From positions 124,001 through 188,000 of IMG/VR virus record IMGVR_UViG_3300048591_000147: 64,000 nt of DNA; one strand, given 5' to 3'. The translations under genes and the position numbers were made by a program. The stretch's first letter is position 1; every line of letters begins with the position of its first letter. Below the pieces are notes generated by a model. It was given only the letters and a program-made list of their open reading frames with translations, had not been told where the DNA came from and ran no database searches. Shown here in pieces: positions 1 to 6,628 of this stretch.

Positions 1-204
1 CGCAAGAATCCAGTTAGCGTGCGCTATCCTGAGTCGTATTATGTCAAGGCATCGGACGCACTGGCTGAGGCTGGTATTAACCCTGATGCTGATGGCTACA
101 AGTATGGCAGCGCGTGGAAGTTTGAAGCTGTACCAGCTCGGGTGATTGCGTGGTTATTCTCTTTTGAGATGGCAGATGATCTGCCAGTAGTGTGGGCTAG
201 ATGA
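1..204 (+). CDS. Early-region hypothetical protein, probably 5'-truncated by the window edge
   Basis: Open frame from the window start to TGA at 202-204; same GC-rich codon style as its neighbours. Confidence 0.6.
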   Translation, partial: RKNPVSVRYPESYYVKASDALAEAGINPDADGYKYGSAWKFEAVPARVIAWLFSFEMADDLPVVWAR

Positions 205-212
205 CCAAAACT

Positions 213-245
213 GTTCAGCAATCGTTCAGCTAAGTGATGTATAAT
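213..245 (+). promoter_or_regulatory. Box-type early promoter 1: GTTCAG-N5-GTTCAG-N10-TATAAT
   Basis: GTTCAG 213-218 and 224-229, TATAAT 240-245, CATACCAAC leader 251-259, AGGA RBS, ATG 272. Confidence 0.85.
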
Positions 246-271
246 TCAATCATACCAACAAGGAACAGACC

Positions 272-517
272 ATGAACTCCAGCGAACTCAAGCGCAACAT
301 CGAACGTAACAATCCCGGTAGCCTGTTCTTTTCGCGTGGTGCCATGCAGAATGGCGGTGACACGATGCGCAACTATGGCGTCTGCACTGCAAAGATCATG
401 ACCCCAGATGGTGAAAAAGAGGTATGGGAATTGTATCGCCGTCAAGCCACCCCACGGGGTTACACTAGCTCAGTGTATTGGGACAAGGCAACATTCAAAG
501 TGGTCTACAAGGTCTGA
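272..517 (+). CDS. Early hypothetical protein (81 aa)
   Basis: ORF with its own promoter and AGGA RBS. Confidence 0.8.
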   Translation: MNSSELKRNIERNNPGSLFFSRGAMQNGGDTMRNYGVCTAKIMTPDGEKEVWELYRRQATPRGYTSSVYWDKATFKVVYKV

Positions 518-549
518 TTCAGCTAACGTTCAGGTTCTGAGCGTATAAT
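517..549 (+). promoter_or_regulatory. Box-type early promoter 2: ATTCAG-N5-GTTCAG-N10-TATAAT
   Basis: Half-sites 517-522 and 528-533, TATAAT 544-549; nearly identical to the promoter at 2797-2829. Confidence 0.85.
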
Positions 550-577
550 ACATTACATCAACCAAGGGAATGCAGCC

Positions 578-967
578 ATGATCCTGAACACTGTCGAAGC
601 CACCATCGCTTGCGAAGCTGCAACCACCATTCTGCTGGGGCATTTCCCGCATTTCATGGTCAATATTCGGGTGACGAGAATTCTTGGCGAGGTCGTTCAG
701 TTCACCGTTGCCAACGTTCCCACCGAAAAGGATGCGCCCTATGGGATCATCCACAATGCATCCTTTCTGCTCAAAGGTCTGATCCAGACTGACCGCAAGG
801 GAGCATACATGGAGAATCCGATTCTGTCTGGCCGTCACCTGAAGTTCCGCAAGATCAGCGGTTCCAGTGAAGCCGAAGTGTTGCAAAAGTTCGTGGCATG
901 GTGTGTCAAGAACAAGGCGGAAATTCTCGCCATCGTCCCGAAACTTCGCGGGTATGAGGTCAGTTAA
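578..967 (+). CDS. Early hypothetical protein (129 aa)
   Basis: ORF with promoter and AAGGGA RBS. Confidence 0.8.
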   Translation: MILNTVEATIACEAATTILLGHFPHFMVNIRVTRILGEVVQFTVANVPTEKDAPYGIIHNASFLLKGLIQTDRKGAYMENPILSGRHLKFRKISGSSEAEVLQKFVAWCVKNKAEILAIVPKLRGYEVS

Positions 968-995
968 GCTGGCGTTCAGGTTGTGGGGGTATAAT
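963..995 (+). promoter_or_regulatory. Box-type early promoter 3: GTTAAG-N5-GTTCAG-N10-TATAAT
   Basis: Half-sites 963-968 and 974-979, TATAAT 990-995, CATACCAA leader. Confidence 0.8.
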
Positions 996-1022
996 ACAAC
1001 ACATACCAAGGGAGAACGCAAA

Positions 1023-1247
1023 ATGTCAAAGAAACGACGTGTCATGGTTCGCGAGACAACGATACGTTTCTCCCCAGTCTTCGAGTGTGAGTGTTGCGGG
1101 AAGGTAGAGGTTGGAGTTGCATTCTCTCAGACATTCTATCATCGTCTACCAGAGCTTGACGAGATAGATGTTCCAGCGCATACGCTGCCACCCGGCTGGA
1201 TAATGTTTCACAATCTCCAGTACTGCGTCAATTGTAACATCGAATGA
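1023..1247 (+). CDS. Small Cys-rich (Zn-ribbon-like) early protein
   Basis: Start moved to ATG 1023 (GGAG RBS); CECC...CVNC motifs. Confidence 0.7.
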   Translation: MSKKRRVMVRETTIRFSPVFECECCGKVEVGVAFSQTFYHRLPELDEIDVPAHTLPPGWIMFHNLQYCVNCNIE

Positions 1248-1268
1248 GCCCTTCGGGGCTCTTTTTTA
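1246..1268 (+). terminator. Rho-independent terminator
   Basis: GAGCCC-TTCG-GGGCTC followed by a T-tract. Confidence 0.9.
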
Positions 1269-1285
1269 TTGTGCCACCACTTCCT

Positions 1286-1333
1286 CCGACCACGCACCCA
1301 TTTTACTACACCCACCCTGAACAGAACCTGAAC
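1286..1333 (-). promoter_or_regulatory. Reverse-oriented box element: GTTCAG-N5-GTTCAG-N11-TAAAAT-GGGTGCGTGGTCGG (motif copy A)
   Basis: CTGAAC at 1317-1322 and 1328-1333 on +; ATTTTA 1300-1305; CCGACCACGCACCC 1286-1299. Confidence 0.7.
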
Positions 1334-1350
1334 GACAAGTCATTGATTTT

Positions 1351-1383
1351 GTTCAGCTTGTGTTCAGCTAACTACTGTAGAAT
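1351..1383 (+). promoter_or_regulatory. Box-type early promoter 4: GTTCAG-N5-GTTCAG-N10-TAGAAT
   Basis: Half-sites 1351-1356 and 1362-1367, extended -10 TG-TAGAAT ending 1383, GAGG RBS. Confidence 0.85.
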
Positions 1384-1410
1384 ACTGACTATACCCAATG
1401 AGGATAGATT

Positions 1411-1788
1411 ATGAACACTGCTGAAAGTCGGCTGAAAGAAACGATGTTCATCGTCGAGGCGACCTCATTCGAACGGCATATGCTCTGGGAAACCAATCAC
1501 ACGAAAGTCAAGTGGGAACAGATTTACGATGGATGGCTGGTGACAGTGGGTAAGCTGGATGATCGTCCCTGCTGTATCGATACTTCATGGGCGCGCATCA
1601 ATGGACAATTGGTCATGTTCTATGAACAGTGTAGCCAAGTGACTGACTGTCTTCAGACTGATGCATGGTTGGATGATCATTTCAATGGTACATGGGATAA
1701 CGGTCACCGTCGAGCGCGAACAGATGCGCAGAATTTTCATCTTTGTTTGAACGCGATCAGGGATGCAAATAACCCGGAGGCATTGTAA
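1411..1788 (+). CDS. Early hypothetical protein (125 aa)
   Basis: ORF with promoter and RBS. Confidence 0.8.
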   Translation: MNTAESRLKETMFIVEATSFERHMLWETNHTKVKWEQIYDGWLVTVGKLDDRPCCIDTSWARINGQLVMFYEQCSQVTDCLQTDAWLDDHFNGTWDNGHRRARTDAQNFHLCLNAIRDANNPEAL

Positions 1789-1789
1789 T

Positions 1790-1996
1790 ATGCAAAAGTC
1801 AGTTGTGATTGATTTGACAGTTCCCATCATGTTCATTACCAGTACGCTGGTGATTCTGAAATTTGTTGGAGCAATCAATCTACCATGGTTGTGGGTCTTT
1901 TTTCCTATCTGGGGCACCTACCTTCTTTTGTTTGTCATCTGGATGATGATCGCCTCCTTTGTTCTTATCATGGTGTTTCTTAAAATTACCCGTTGA
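1790..1996 (+). CDS. Small two-TM membrane protein
   Basis: ATG 1790 after GGAGG; hydrophobic sequence with LKFVGAINLPWLWVFFPIW pattern common in phage membrane proteins. Confidence 0.75.
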   Translation: MQKSVVIDLTVPIMFITSTLVILKFVGAINLPWLWVFFPIWGTYLLLFVIWMMIASFVLIMVFLKITR

Positions 1997-2021
1997 CACC
2001 TAATAAACTATTGGGTATAGT
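1993..2021 (+). promoter_or_regulatory. Canonical sigma70 early promoter
   Basis: TTGACA 1993-1998, 17-nt spacer, TATAGT 2016-2021. Confidence 0.85.
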
Positions 2022-2048
2022 CTCTACATCGTCAACGGAGATAGCCAA

Positions 2049-2426
2049 ATGACCACCGAACGGGTTGCCACGCTGGAAGACTTGCAAGGCGCGTATTCTG
2101 ACGTGTTCAAGGACGTCTATGGCTTTCGTCCCCGTGGTTCCGTTATCTGGAACGATGAGGAAGCGTTGAAGGGTGAATTGACGTACCTGTACGCTGAGCT
2201 TGAGCGTGTGATCGAACGCGAGAAGGGTGAGCAGGCAATCGCTGTAGCCGATTTTGAGCAACGGGTGACTGAGACTATCGCCTTGGGTGCTGGAACGCGA
2301 GAGAACGCGATTCGTTGGATTGCACAGGGCATTGATGACGCTGACCCCGATGGCGTATGTTACTCGCTTGGTTTGCCGTTTGGCTACCTTGGTCAAACGT
2401 ATCTCTTTGAGCGTGAAAGTGCTTGA
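2049..2426 (+). CDS. Early hypothetical protein (125 aa)
   Basis: GGAG RBS; YSDVFKDVYGFRPR motif recurrent in large-phage early proteins. Confidence 0.8.
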   Translation: MTTERVATLEDLQGAYSDVFKDVYGFRPRGSVIWNDEEALKGELTYLYAELERVIEREKGEQAIAVADFEQRVTETIALGAGTRENAIRWIAQGIDDADPDGVCYSLGLPFGYLGQTYLFERESA

Positions 2427-2450
2427 CGTTCAATAAAATCGCGATATAAT
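2423..2450 (+). promoter_or_regulatory. Canonical sigma70 early promoter
   Basis: TTGACG 2423-2428, 16-nt spacer, TATAAT 2445-2450, CATACCAAC leader. Confidence 0.8.
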
Positions 2451-2479
2451 CTCAACCATACCAACTAAGGACCAACGTC

Positions 2480-2806
2480 ATGAAAGTTGCCCCGATTCCT
2501 CCCCGTGATCCGAACAGCACGCCCAATCCCGAATTCGTGCGCCTGTTGAAGGAAGGTCTGCCACGGTTGTGGAATGGCCATGGCTTCGAGGGTCGCAATG
2601 AAGAATTCATCTGCCACACCTTTGATCGTTGGGACGAGTGTACCCCAGCAATCCGTGAAATGATCAGCGCTCGTCTGTATGACAAATGGCATCGAACCTA
2701 TCACGATTGGGCTGATCGGTCCAAGACTATGAACAAGTTCACGAAGGCAGAGATCCAAGATGGTCGCAAGCGTTGGATGCTGGACTTGATCGCTGAGTTC
2801 AGCTAG
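2480..2806 (+). CDS. Early hypothetical protein (108 aa)
   Basis: ORF with AAGGA RBS. Confidence 0.75.
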   Translation: MKVAPIPPRDPNSTPNPEFVRLLKEGLPRLWNGHGFEGRNEEFICHTFDRWDECTPAIREMISARLYDKWHRTYHDWADRSKTMNKFTKAEIQDGRKRWMLDLIAEFS

Positions 2807-2829
2807 CGTTCAGGTTCTGAGCGTATAAT
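2797..2829 (+). promoter_or_regulatory. Box-type early promoter 5: GTTCAG-N5-GTTCAG-N10-TATAAT
   Basis: Half-sites 2797-2802 and 2808-2813, TATAAT 2824-2829. Confidence 0.85.
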
Positions 2830-2857
2830 CTCAACCATACCAGACGAGGAACGAACC

Positions 2858-3106
2858 ATGTTCATGCGAATCGAAGATCAGAACGGGACGGTGTTGCTCT
2901 CTTCGGTGTATCCCGATGATCGTATCATGGACCCTGAAGCATGTCTGTTCGATTACTTGGGTGATTTTGAGCTTGATCGCGTGGTGGAAGTCTCTTGGCG
3001 TGAAGAGGCCAATGGATGCTACGAATATCGCGTGATTTTCTTCGAAGATGAAGAGAATCCCGATCACATCGTGGAGTCTGGCGCCTTCATCATCTCGGAT
3101 AGCTGA
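2858..3106 (+). CDS. Small acidic early protein (82 aa)
   Basis: GAGGA RBS; D/E-rich. Confidence 0.75.
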   Translation: MFMRIEDQNGTVLLSSVYPDDRIMDPEACLFDYLGDFELDRVVEVSWREEANGCYEYRVIFFEDEENPDHIVESGAFIISDS

Positions 3107-3108
3107 GT

Positions 3109-3291
3109 ATGGTACTATTCGTGTATGAACCGTCATGGCTGATTGACCCTGAAGATGAAATTCAACGGAGAATGATGATGGAAAAGGATTTGTCTCGCTA
3201 CGTGGAACAATGGGAGCCCACCATTTTCCGCTCCAAACACTACAAGGCTCGCGTGTTGCGCGCCAAGGCTCGGAGGATCAAGCAATGGTAG
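3109..3291 (+). CDS. Small hypothetical protein (60 aa)
   Basis: Starts 3 nt after the previous stop; followed by a hairpin. Confidence 0.5.
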   Translation: MVLFVYEPSWLIDPEDEIQRRMMMEKDLSRYVEQWEPTIFRSKHYKARVLRAKARRIKQW

Positions 3292-3295
3292 CTTC

Positions 3296-3317
3296 AAGCG
3301 CCCTTTCGGGCGCTTCT
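3296..3317 (+). terminator. Terminator-like hairpin
   Basis: AAGCGCCC-TTTC-GGGCGCTT; weak T-tract. Confidence 0.65.
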
Positions 3318-3332
3318 GGTATCTCAACCTTC

Positions 3333-3380
3333 CCGACCACGCACCCATTTTATACCAACCAACCTGAACCAACGCTGAAT
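3333..3380 (-). promoter_or_regulatory. Reverse-oriented box element: ATTCAG-N5-GTTCAG-N11-TAAAAT-GGGTGCGTGGTCGG (motif copy B)
   Basis: CTGAAC 3364-3369 and CTGAAT 3375-3380 on +; ATTTTA 3347-3352; CCGACCACGCACCC 3333-3346. Confidence 0.7.
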
Positions 3381-3411
3381 GAAACGCGCCAATAAATTTA
3401 CAATCAATTGC

Positions 3412-3440
3412 TTTACAAGCTAATCCATTAGGCGTATAGT
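3412..3440 (+). promoter_or_regulatory. Canonical sigma70 early promoter
   Basis: TTTACA 3412-3417, 17-nt spacer, TATAGT 3435-3440. Confidence 0.75.
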
Positions 3441-3467
3441 TCATCCATACCAGCTAGGGAGAACACC

Positions 3468-3845
3468 ATGGCCAAGCGAATCCAAAAGCCCGTCCTGTTG
3501 ACCAGCAAGACCCATCAGGTCATTGACAAGGATTTCATTGTCAAGGCATTGACGAAAAGCAATGCATGGTTGTTCCGCGCCATCGTGTCGATTTTCGAAT
3601 ACCAAACCGCTGACGAACAGACTGCCGAAGTCACCGCGCACGATAATGGCGTTGGCTTCAGTGGTGTTGATGCACAGATGATGTCCAGCTTCGCCAAACA
3701 GATCATCGAACATGGCAAGGGTAACAGCAAGTTCGCTAGCCCGCTGTCCCCGAAACAGATCGAATTGGCGCGCAAGCGTATGGTCAAGTATGCCGGACAA
3801 TTGCTGCGCATCGCGCAGAGCCGTTCAGCCGCCGTTCAGCTTTAA
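3468..3845 (+). CDS. Early conserved hypothetical protein (125 aa)
   Basis: GGGAG RBS; QTADEQ...NGVGF..DA...LSPKQ...KYAGQL pattern seen in large phages. Confidence 0.8.
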   Translation: MAKRIQKPVLLTSKTHQVIDKDFIVKALTKSNAWLFRAIVSIFEYQTADEQTAEVTAHDNGVGFSGVDAQMMSSFAKQIIEHGKGNSKFASPLSPKQIELARKRMVKYAGQLLRIAQSRSAAVQL

Positions 3846-3855
3846 CCTGTATACT
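3823..3855 (+). promoter_or_regulatory. Box-type early promoter 6: GTTCAG-N5-GTTCAG-N10-TATACT
   Basis: Half-sites 3823-3828 and 3834-3839, TATACT 3850-3855, CATACCAAC leader 3861. Confidence 0.85.
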
Positions 3856-3884
3856 ACTCACATACCAACCAAGGAAGCAAAACC

Positions 3885-4244
3885 ATGAAGTCGATTCGCG
3901 AAGCTCAAACGTTCGTCACCATTCTCAACCTGATTCAGGACCGCTCGCGCGAAATCCTCTGCGATATCGTGGACGCGCTGATCTTCAACCGTGAATCCGT
4001 CCAGTCCGTTCTGAATCGTTGGGGCATCAAGCTCAATGCGGAAGCTCCCGCGATGGCTCCGAACAGTGTCACCATCAACCATGGCGGGCTCGCCTTCAAC
4101 ATGACCATCGTCCAATACAGTCAGGTCGTCAGGCTGATTTACAGTGGCCAGTGGATCGAGGGTATCAAGGCCATTCGCGCAGCAACCAATTCCGGGCTGA
4201 AGGAAGCCAAGGACTTGGCCGAGTACATCCGCGATAACAAGTGA
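3885..4244 (+). CDS. Early protein with C-terminal ribosomal bL12 (L7/L12) CTD-like domain
   Basis: IEGIKAIRAATNSGLKEAKDLAE matches the bL12 KIxxIKxxRxxTGxGLKEAKxxVE signature. Confidence 0.7.
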   Translation: MKSIREAQTFVTILNLIQDRSREILCDIVDALIFNRESVQSVLNRWGIKLNAEAPAMAPNSVTINHGGLAFNMTIVQYSQVVRLIYSGQWIEGIKAIRAATNSGLKEAKDLAEYIRDNK

Positions 4245-4273
4245 TCCATTTTCAAAAACGTAATTTTATTCTG

Positions 4274-4313
4274 AACAACCCCGGATCAGCGATGGTCCGG
4301 GGTTGTTGTTTTT
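4274..4313 (+). terminator. Rho-independent terminator
   Basis: AACAACCCCGGATCA/TGGTCCGGGGTTGTT stem followed by a T-tract. Confidence 0.85.
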
Positions 4314-4331
4314 ATGCCACACCAGATTTTC

Positions 4332-4368
4332 TGGCGAGAATCGCCACAACTAATGGCGAAAATCGCCA
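4332..4368. promoter_or_regulatory. Tandem palindromic operators TGGCGA-N3-TCGCCA (x2)
   Basis: Palindromes with perfect 6-bp arms at 4332-4346 and 4354-4368, 22 bp apart. Confidence 0.7.
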
Positions 4369-4391
4369 CACAATATCAACCGTAAAAGCCC

Positions 4392-4420
4392 TTGTATCTT
4401 TAGTTTAATTGGCGTACAAT
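4392..4420 (+). promoter_or_regulatory. Sigma70 early promoter
   Basis: TTGTAT 4392-4397, 17-nt spacer, TACAAT 4415-4420, CATACCAAC leader, AGGAG RBS. Confidence 0.75.
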
Positions 4421-4445
4421 AGGCACATACCAACAGGAGAACACC

Positions 4446-4838
4446 ATGGAAATCGAAGTCGGGGTAGGGTACGATGATAATGGTGAAATCATCAAGAAAA
4501 TGCTGCCTGCGGTGTTCACCGTCTGTCAGAACTGCGAGGGTCATGGTTTTGTGCTGAACCCCAGCATGGCTGGCCATTGTTACACGCAGGATGAATTCAA
4601 TGATGCGTTCGATGACGAGGATGATCGTGCGGAGTATTTCAAGCGTGGTGGCAAGTATGACGTGCAGTGTCAGCTTTGCAAGGGTGTGCGCGTGGTGAAG
4701 GTCATCGCGGATGATGATCAACTGACTGACGAGCAGAAAGAGATCAGCAGAGCAAACGAGTCTTTTGAGATGGGTCTGCACATGGACGCATACTATGATG
4801 CAATGACGATGCGCGGAGAATCTGGCATCTGGGATTAA
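4446..4838 (+). CDS. Acidic early protein with DnaJ-like Zn-finger motifs
   Basis: CQNCEG.G and CQLCKG motifs. Confidence 0.75.
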   Translation: MEIEVGVGYDDNGEIIKKMLPAVFTVCQNCEGHGFVLNPSMAGHCYTQDEFNDAFDDEDDRAEYFKRGGKYDVQCQLCKGVRVVKVIADDDQLTDEQKEISRANESFEMGLHMDAYYDAMTMRGESGIWD

Positions 4839-5074
4839 TCGTTGGCGGTGCGATCAGTAGCAATGGACTGTAGGGTCGCACCGTCTATCATGAAATGCTG
4901 TATTAGATAATCCTAAATTAGAGTGACGGTGTACTACCACACTAACACACCCGCAGTCTCAATAACCTACCTTTTCGATACAACCGAAAAATCGCGCGAA
5001 GACTCAAAAGCATAGCACGAAAAATAGTTGAAAAATAGTGCTCTTTGGCACTTGTGTTATAAAATAATATCAGG

Positions 5075-5098
5075 CAAAATGAGTGCGTGGTCGGGGAA
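5075..5098 (+). repeat. Intergenic motif copy C (CAAAATGAGTGCGTGGTCGGGGAA)
   Basis: One mismatch to the 19-bp core of copies A/B/D; TTGTGT lies 17 nt upstream of CAAAAT. Confidence 0.8.
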
Positions 5099-5199
5099 CT
5101 CTGGCAGGCAAACGCCCTGCGGCAAAATGATCTTACGAAAGTGGTTGCACGGCATCGGCGCTATGGTATGATTCTCTCACCCCAACGGAGATACCCCAC

Positions 5200-5529
5200 A
5201 TGAGCCTGAGCCGCCTCCGCAACAAAGTCGAAGCCCGCATTGTCCGCGCCATCGTTTCGGACGCGCTGAAAATGGGTTACACCGTGTCGGTGTACGATGG
5301 TGAAGAGTTCGCCATCGAACGCTCCAGCAATCGTAGCGCCATCCTCGCCGAGTGTGCTGCCACTGACGAAGACCGCCTGTACTTCACCCGCAACGGTCAG
5401 ACGAAAGCCATCGGTGTGGTCTGGATCATCTACGGTGAGGGTGACACCTGCATGACTGACTGGACTGACACCGATGAAGTCAACGCCATCCTGAAGCGGG
5501 CCAACAAAATCGCTGGACACGATGACTGA
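5200..5529 (+). CDS. Early hypothetical protein (109 aa)
   Basis: Promoter TTGCAC(5145)-N16-TATGAT(5167), GGAG RBS. Confidence 0.8.
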   Translation: MSLSRLRNKVEARIVRAIVSDALKMGYTVSVYDGEEFAIERSSNRSAILAECAATDEDRLYFTRNGQTKAIGVVWIIYGEGDTCMTDWTDTDEVNAILKRANKIAGHDD

Positions 5530-5544
5530 AATAGTGTAGCAGAC

Positions 5545-5568
5545 AAGCCCCCGAAAGGGGGCTTTTTC
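5545..5568 (+). terminator. Rho-independent terminator
   Basis: AAGCCCCC-GAAA-GGGGGCTT followed by a T-tract. Confidence 0.9.
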
Positions 5569-5618
5569 TGGACCATCTGCGGTACAATTGATTACTTTAC
5601 AGGTACAAAGCAATATGC

Positions 5619-5708
5619 CAAAATGGGTGCGTGGTCGGAGGAACTGGCGGACACCGCCGCGCGCTTCGCGCTAAGGCTGGCAATTTCCCCGACCGCCATC
5701 CCATTTTG
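5619..5708. repeat. Motif copies D (+) and E (-) forming a 90-bp imperfect inverted repeat with two internal hairpins
   Basis: CAAAATGGGTGCGTGGTCGGAGGAA...TTTCCCCGACCGCCATCCCATTTTG; internal GGCGG-ACA-CCGCC and GCGCG-CTT-CGCGC. Confidence 0.75.
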
Positions 5709-5893
5709 AACTAACTTATAAAGCAATGGAAGTGCCATTCGTCGGAAAGTCTAGATGGGGGTCGCTAGCTTCTGGCCGATGCTCGGGCGATCCAGCGGAT
5801 GATCGTTACACCGTTGCAAATGGCGCACGCCGCCTGATATACTACCTTCATCGGGCGGCAATCCTGCTGCCCGACACCTTCGGAGAAAGCACA

Positions 5894-6604
5894 ATGGAAT
5901 TCCTCAAGAACATCAGTGTCAAGTCGGATTTTGGTTTCTGGATCACCATGGGCATGCTGGAGGCGATCTATGTGCTGGCAGAGTGTGCCGGTGGACGCTT
6001 CGCCGCGATCATGGGTTACACTCCGGTGGGCAAAGACTGGACGGTGACGCCCGTCTACGATGCCACGTTCACCAGTCGCTTCGATACTGCCAAGCTCTAT
6101 GCTCGCAAGCTGGAAGCCTTGCAGGCGATCACCTTCGAGGACGTGGCCGATGCCATCGCGAAACAGCCGAAACTCTCTGCGCTCGAACCTGCTGAACTGC
6201 TGGAACTGTTCAATGCTCGCAAGGCAATGGAAGTCGCCAGCCTGCTCCGCACTCGCGAGGATACCGCAGCACACCGCGAAGGTCAGGCACGCTGCCACGC
6301 CACCGTGGAGGATGGTCTGCCCAATGGTGTGCGTGTGCACTACGTCACACAGAAGGGCGCTGACGGGCTCATGCATCCGGTCCTGCGTGATGGTCTGCCC
6401 ATCGCTGAAAGCATCCGTGTGCACGCACTGGAACAGTCTCGCACGTATCGTCAGGCTGGTGTGCGCAAGGTAGTGAACAGTGGTGCGCCAGTGCTCATGG
6501 GCAATGCTATCAGCACGCTACTGAACAAGCGCAGCGTGGGCATCACATCGTTCACACTGCGTGACAACTATGAAGCACTGCGCATTGACGGAGCCACGCT
6601 CTAA
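5894..6604 (+). CDS. Early hypothetical protein (~236 aa), very GC-rich
   Basis: Start moved to ATG 5894 (GGAG RBS; promoter TTGCAA 5814-N18-TATACT 5838). Confidence 0.8.
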   Translation: MEFLKNISVKSDFGFWITMGMLEAIYVLAECAGGRFAAIMGYTPVGKDWTVTPVYDATFTSRFDTAKLYARKLEALQAITFEDVADAIAKQPKLSALEPAELLELFNARKAMEVASLLRTREDTAAHREGQARCHATVEDGLPNGVRVHYVTQKGADGLMHPVLRDGLPIAESIRVHALEQSRTYRQAGVRKVVNSGAPVLMGNAISTLLNKRSVGITSFTLRDNYEALRIDGATL

Positions 6605-6628
6605 CAGTAACAGACAGTAACACAACGC

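Noticed and set aside
213-5708. CRISPR array or integron attC array explaining the early-region repeats
   Set aside because: The repeats are short promoter parts separated by whole genes of variable length; there are no constant spacers, cas genes, integrase or attC-type palindromes.
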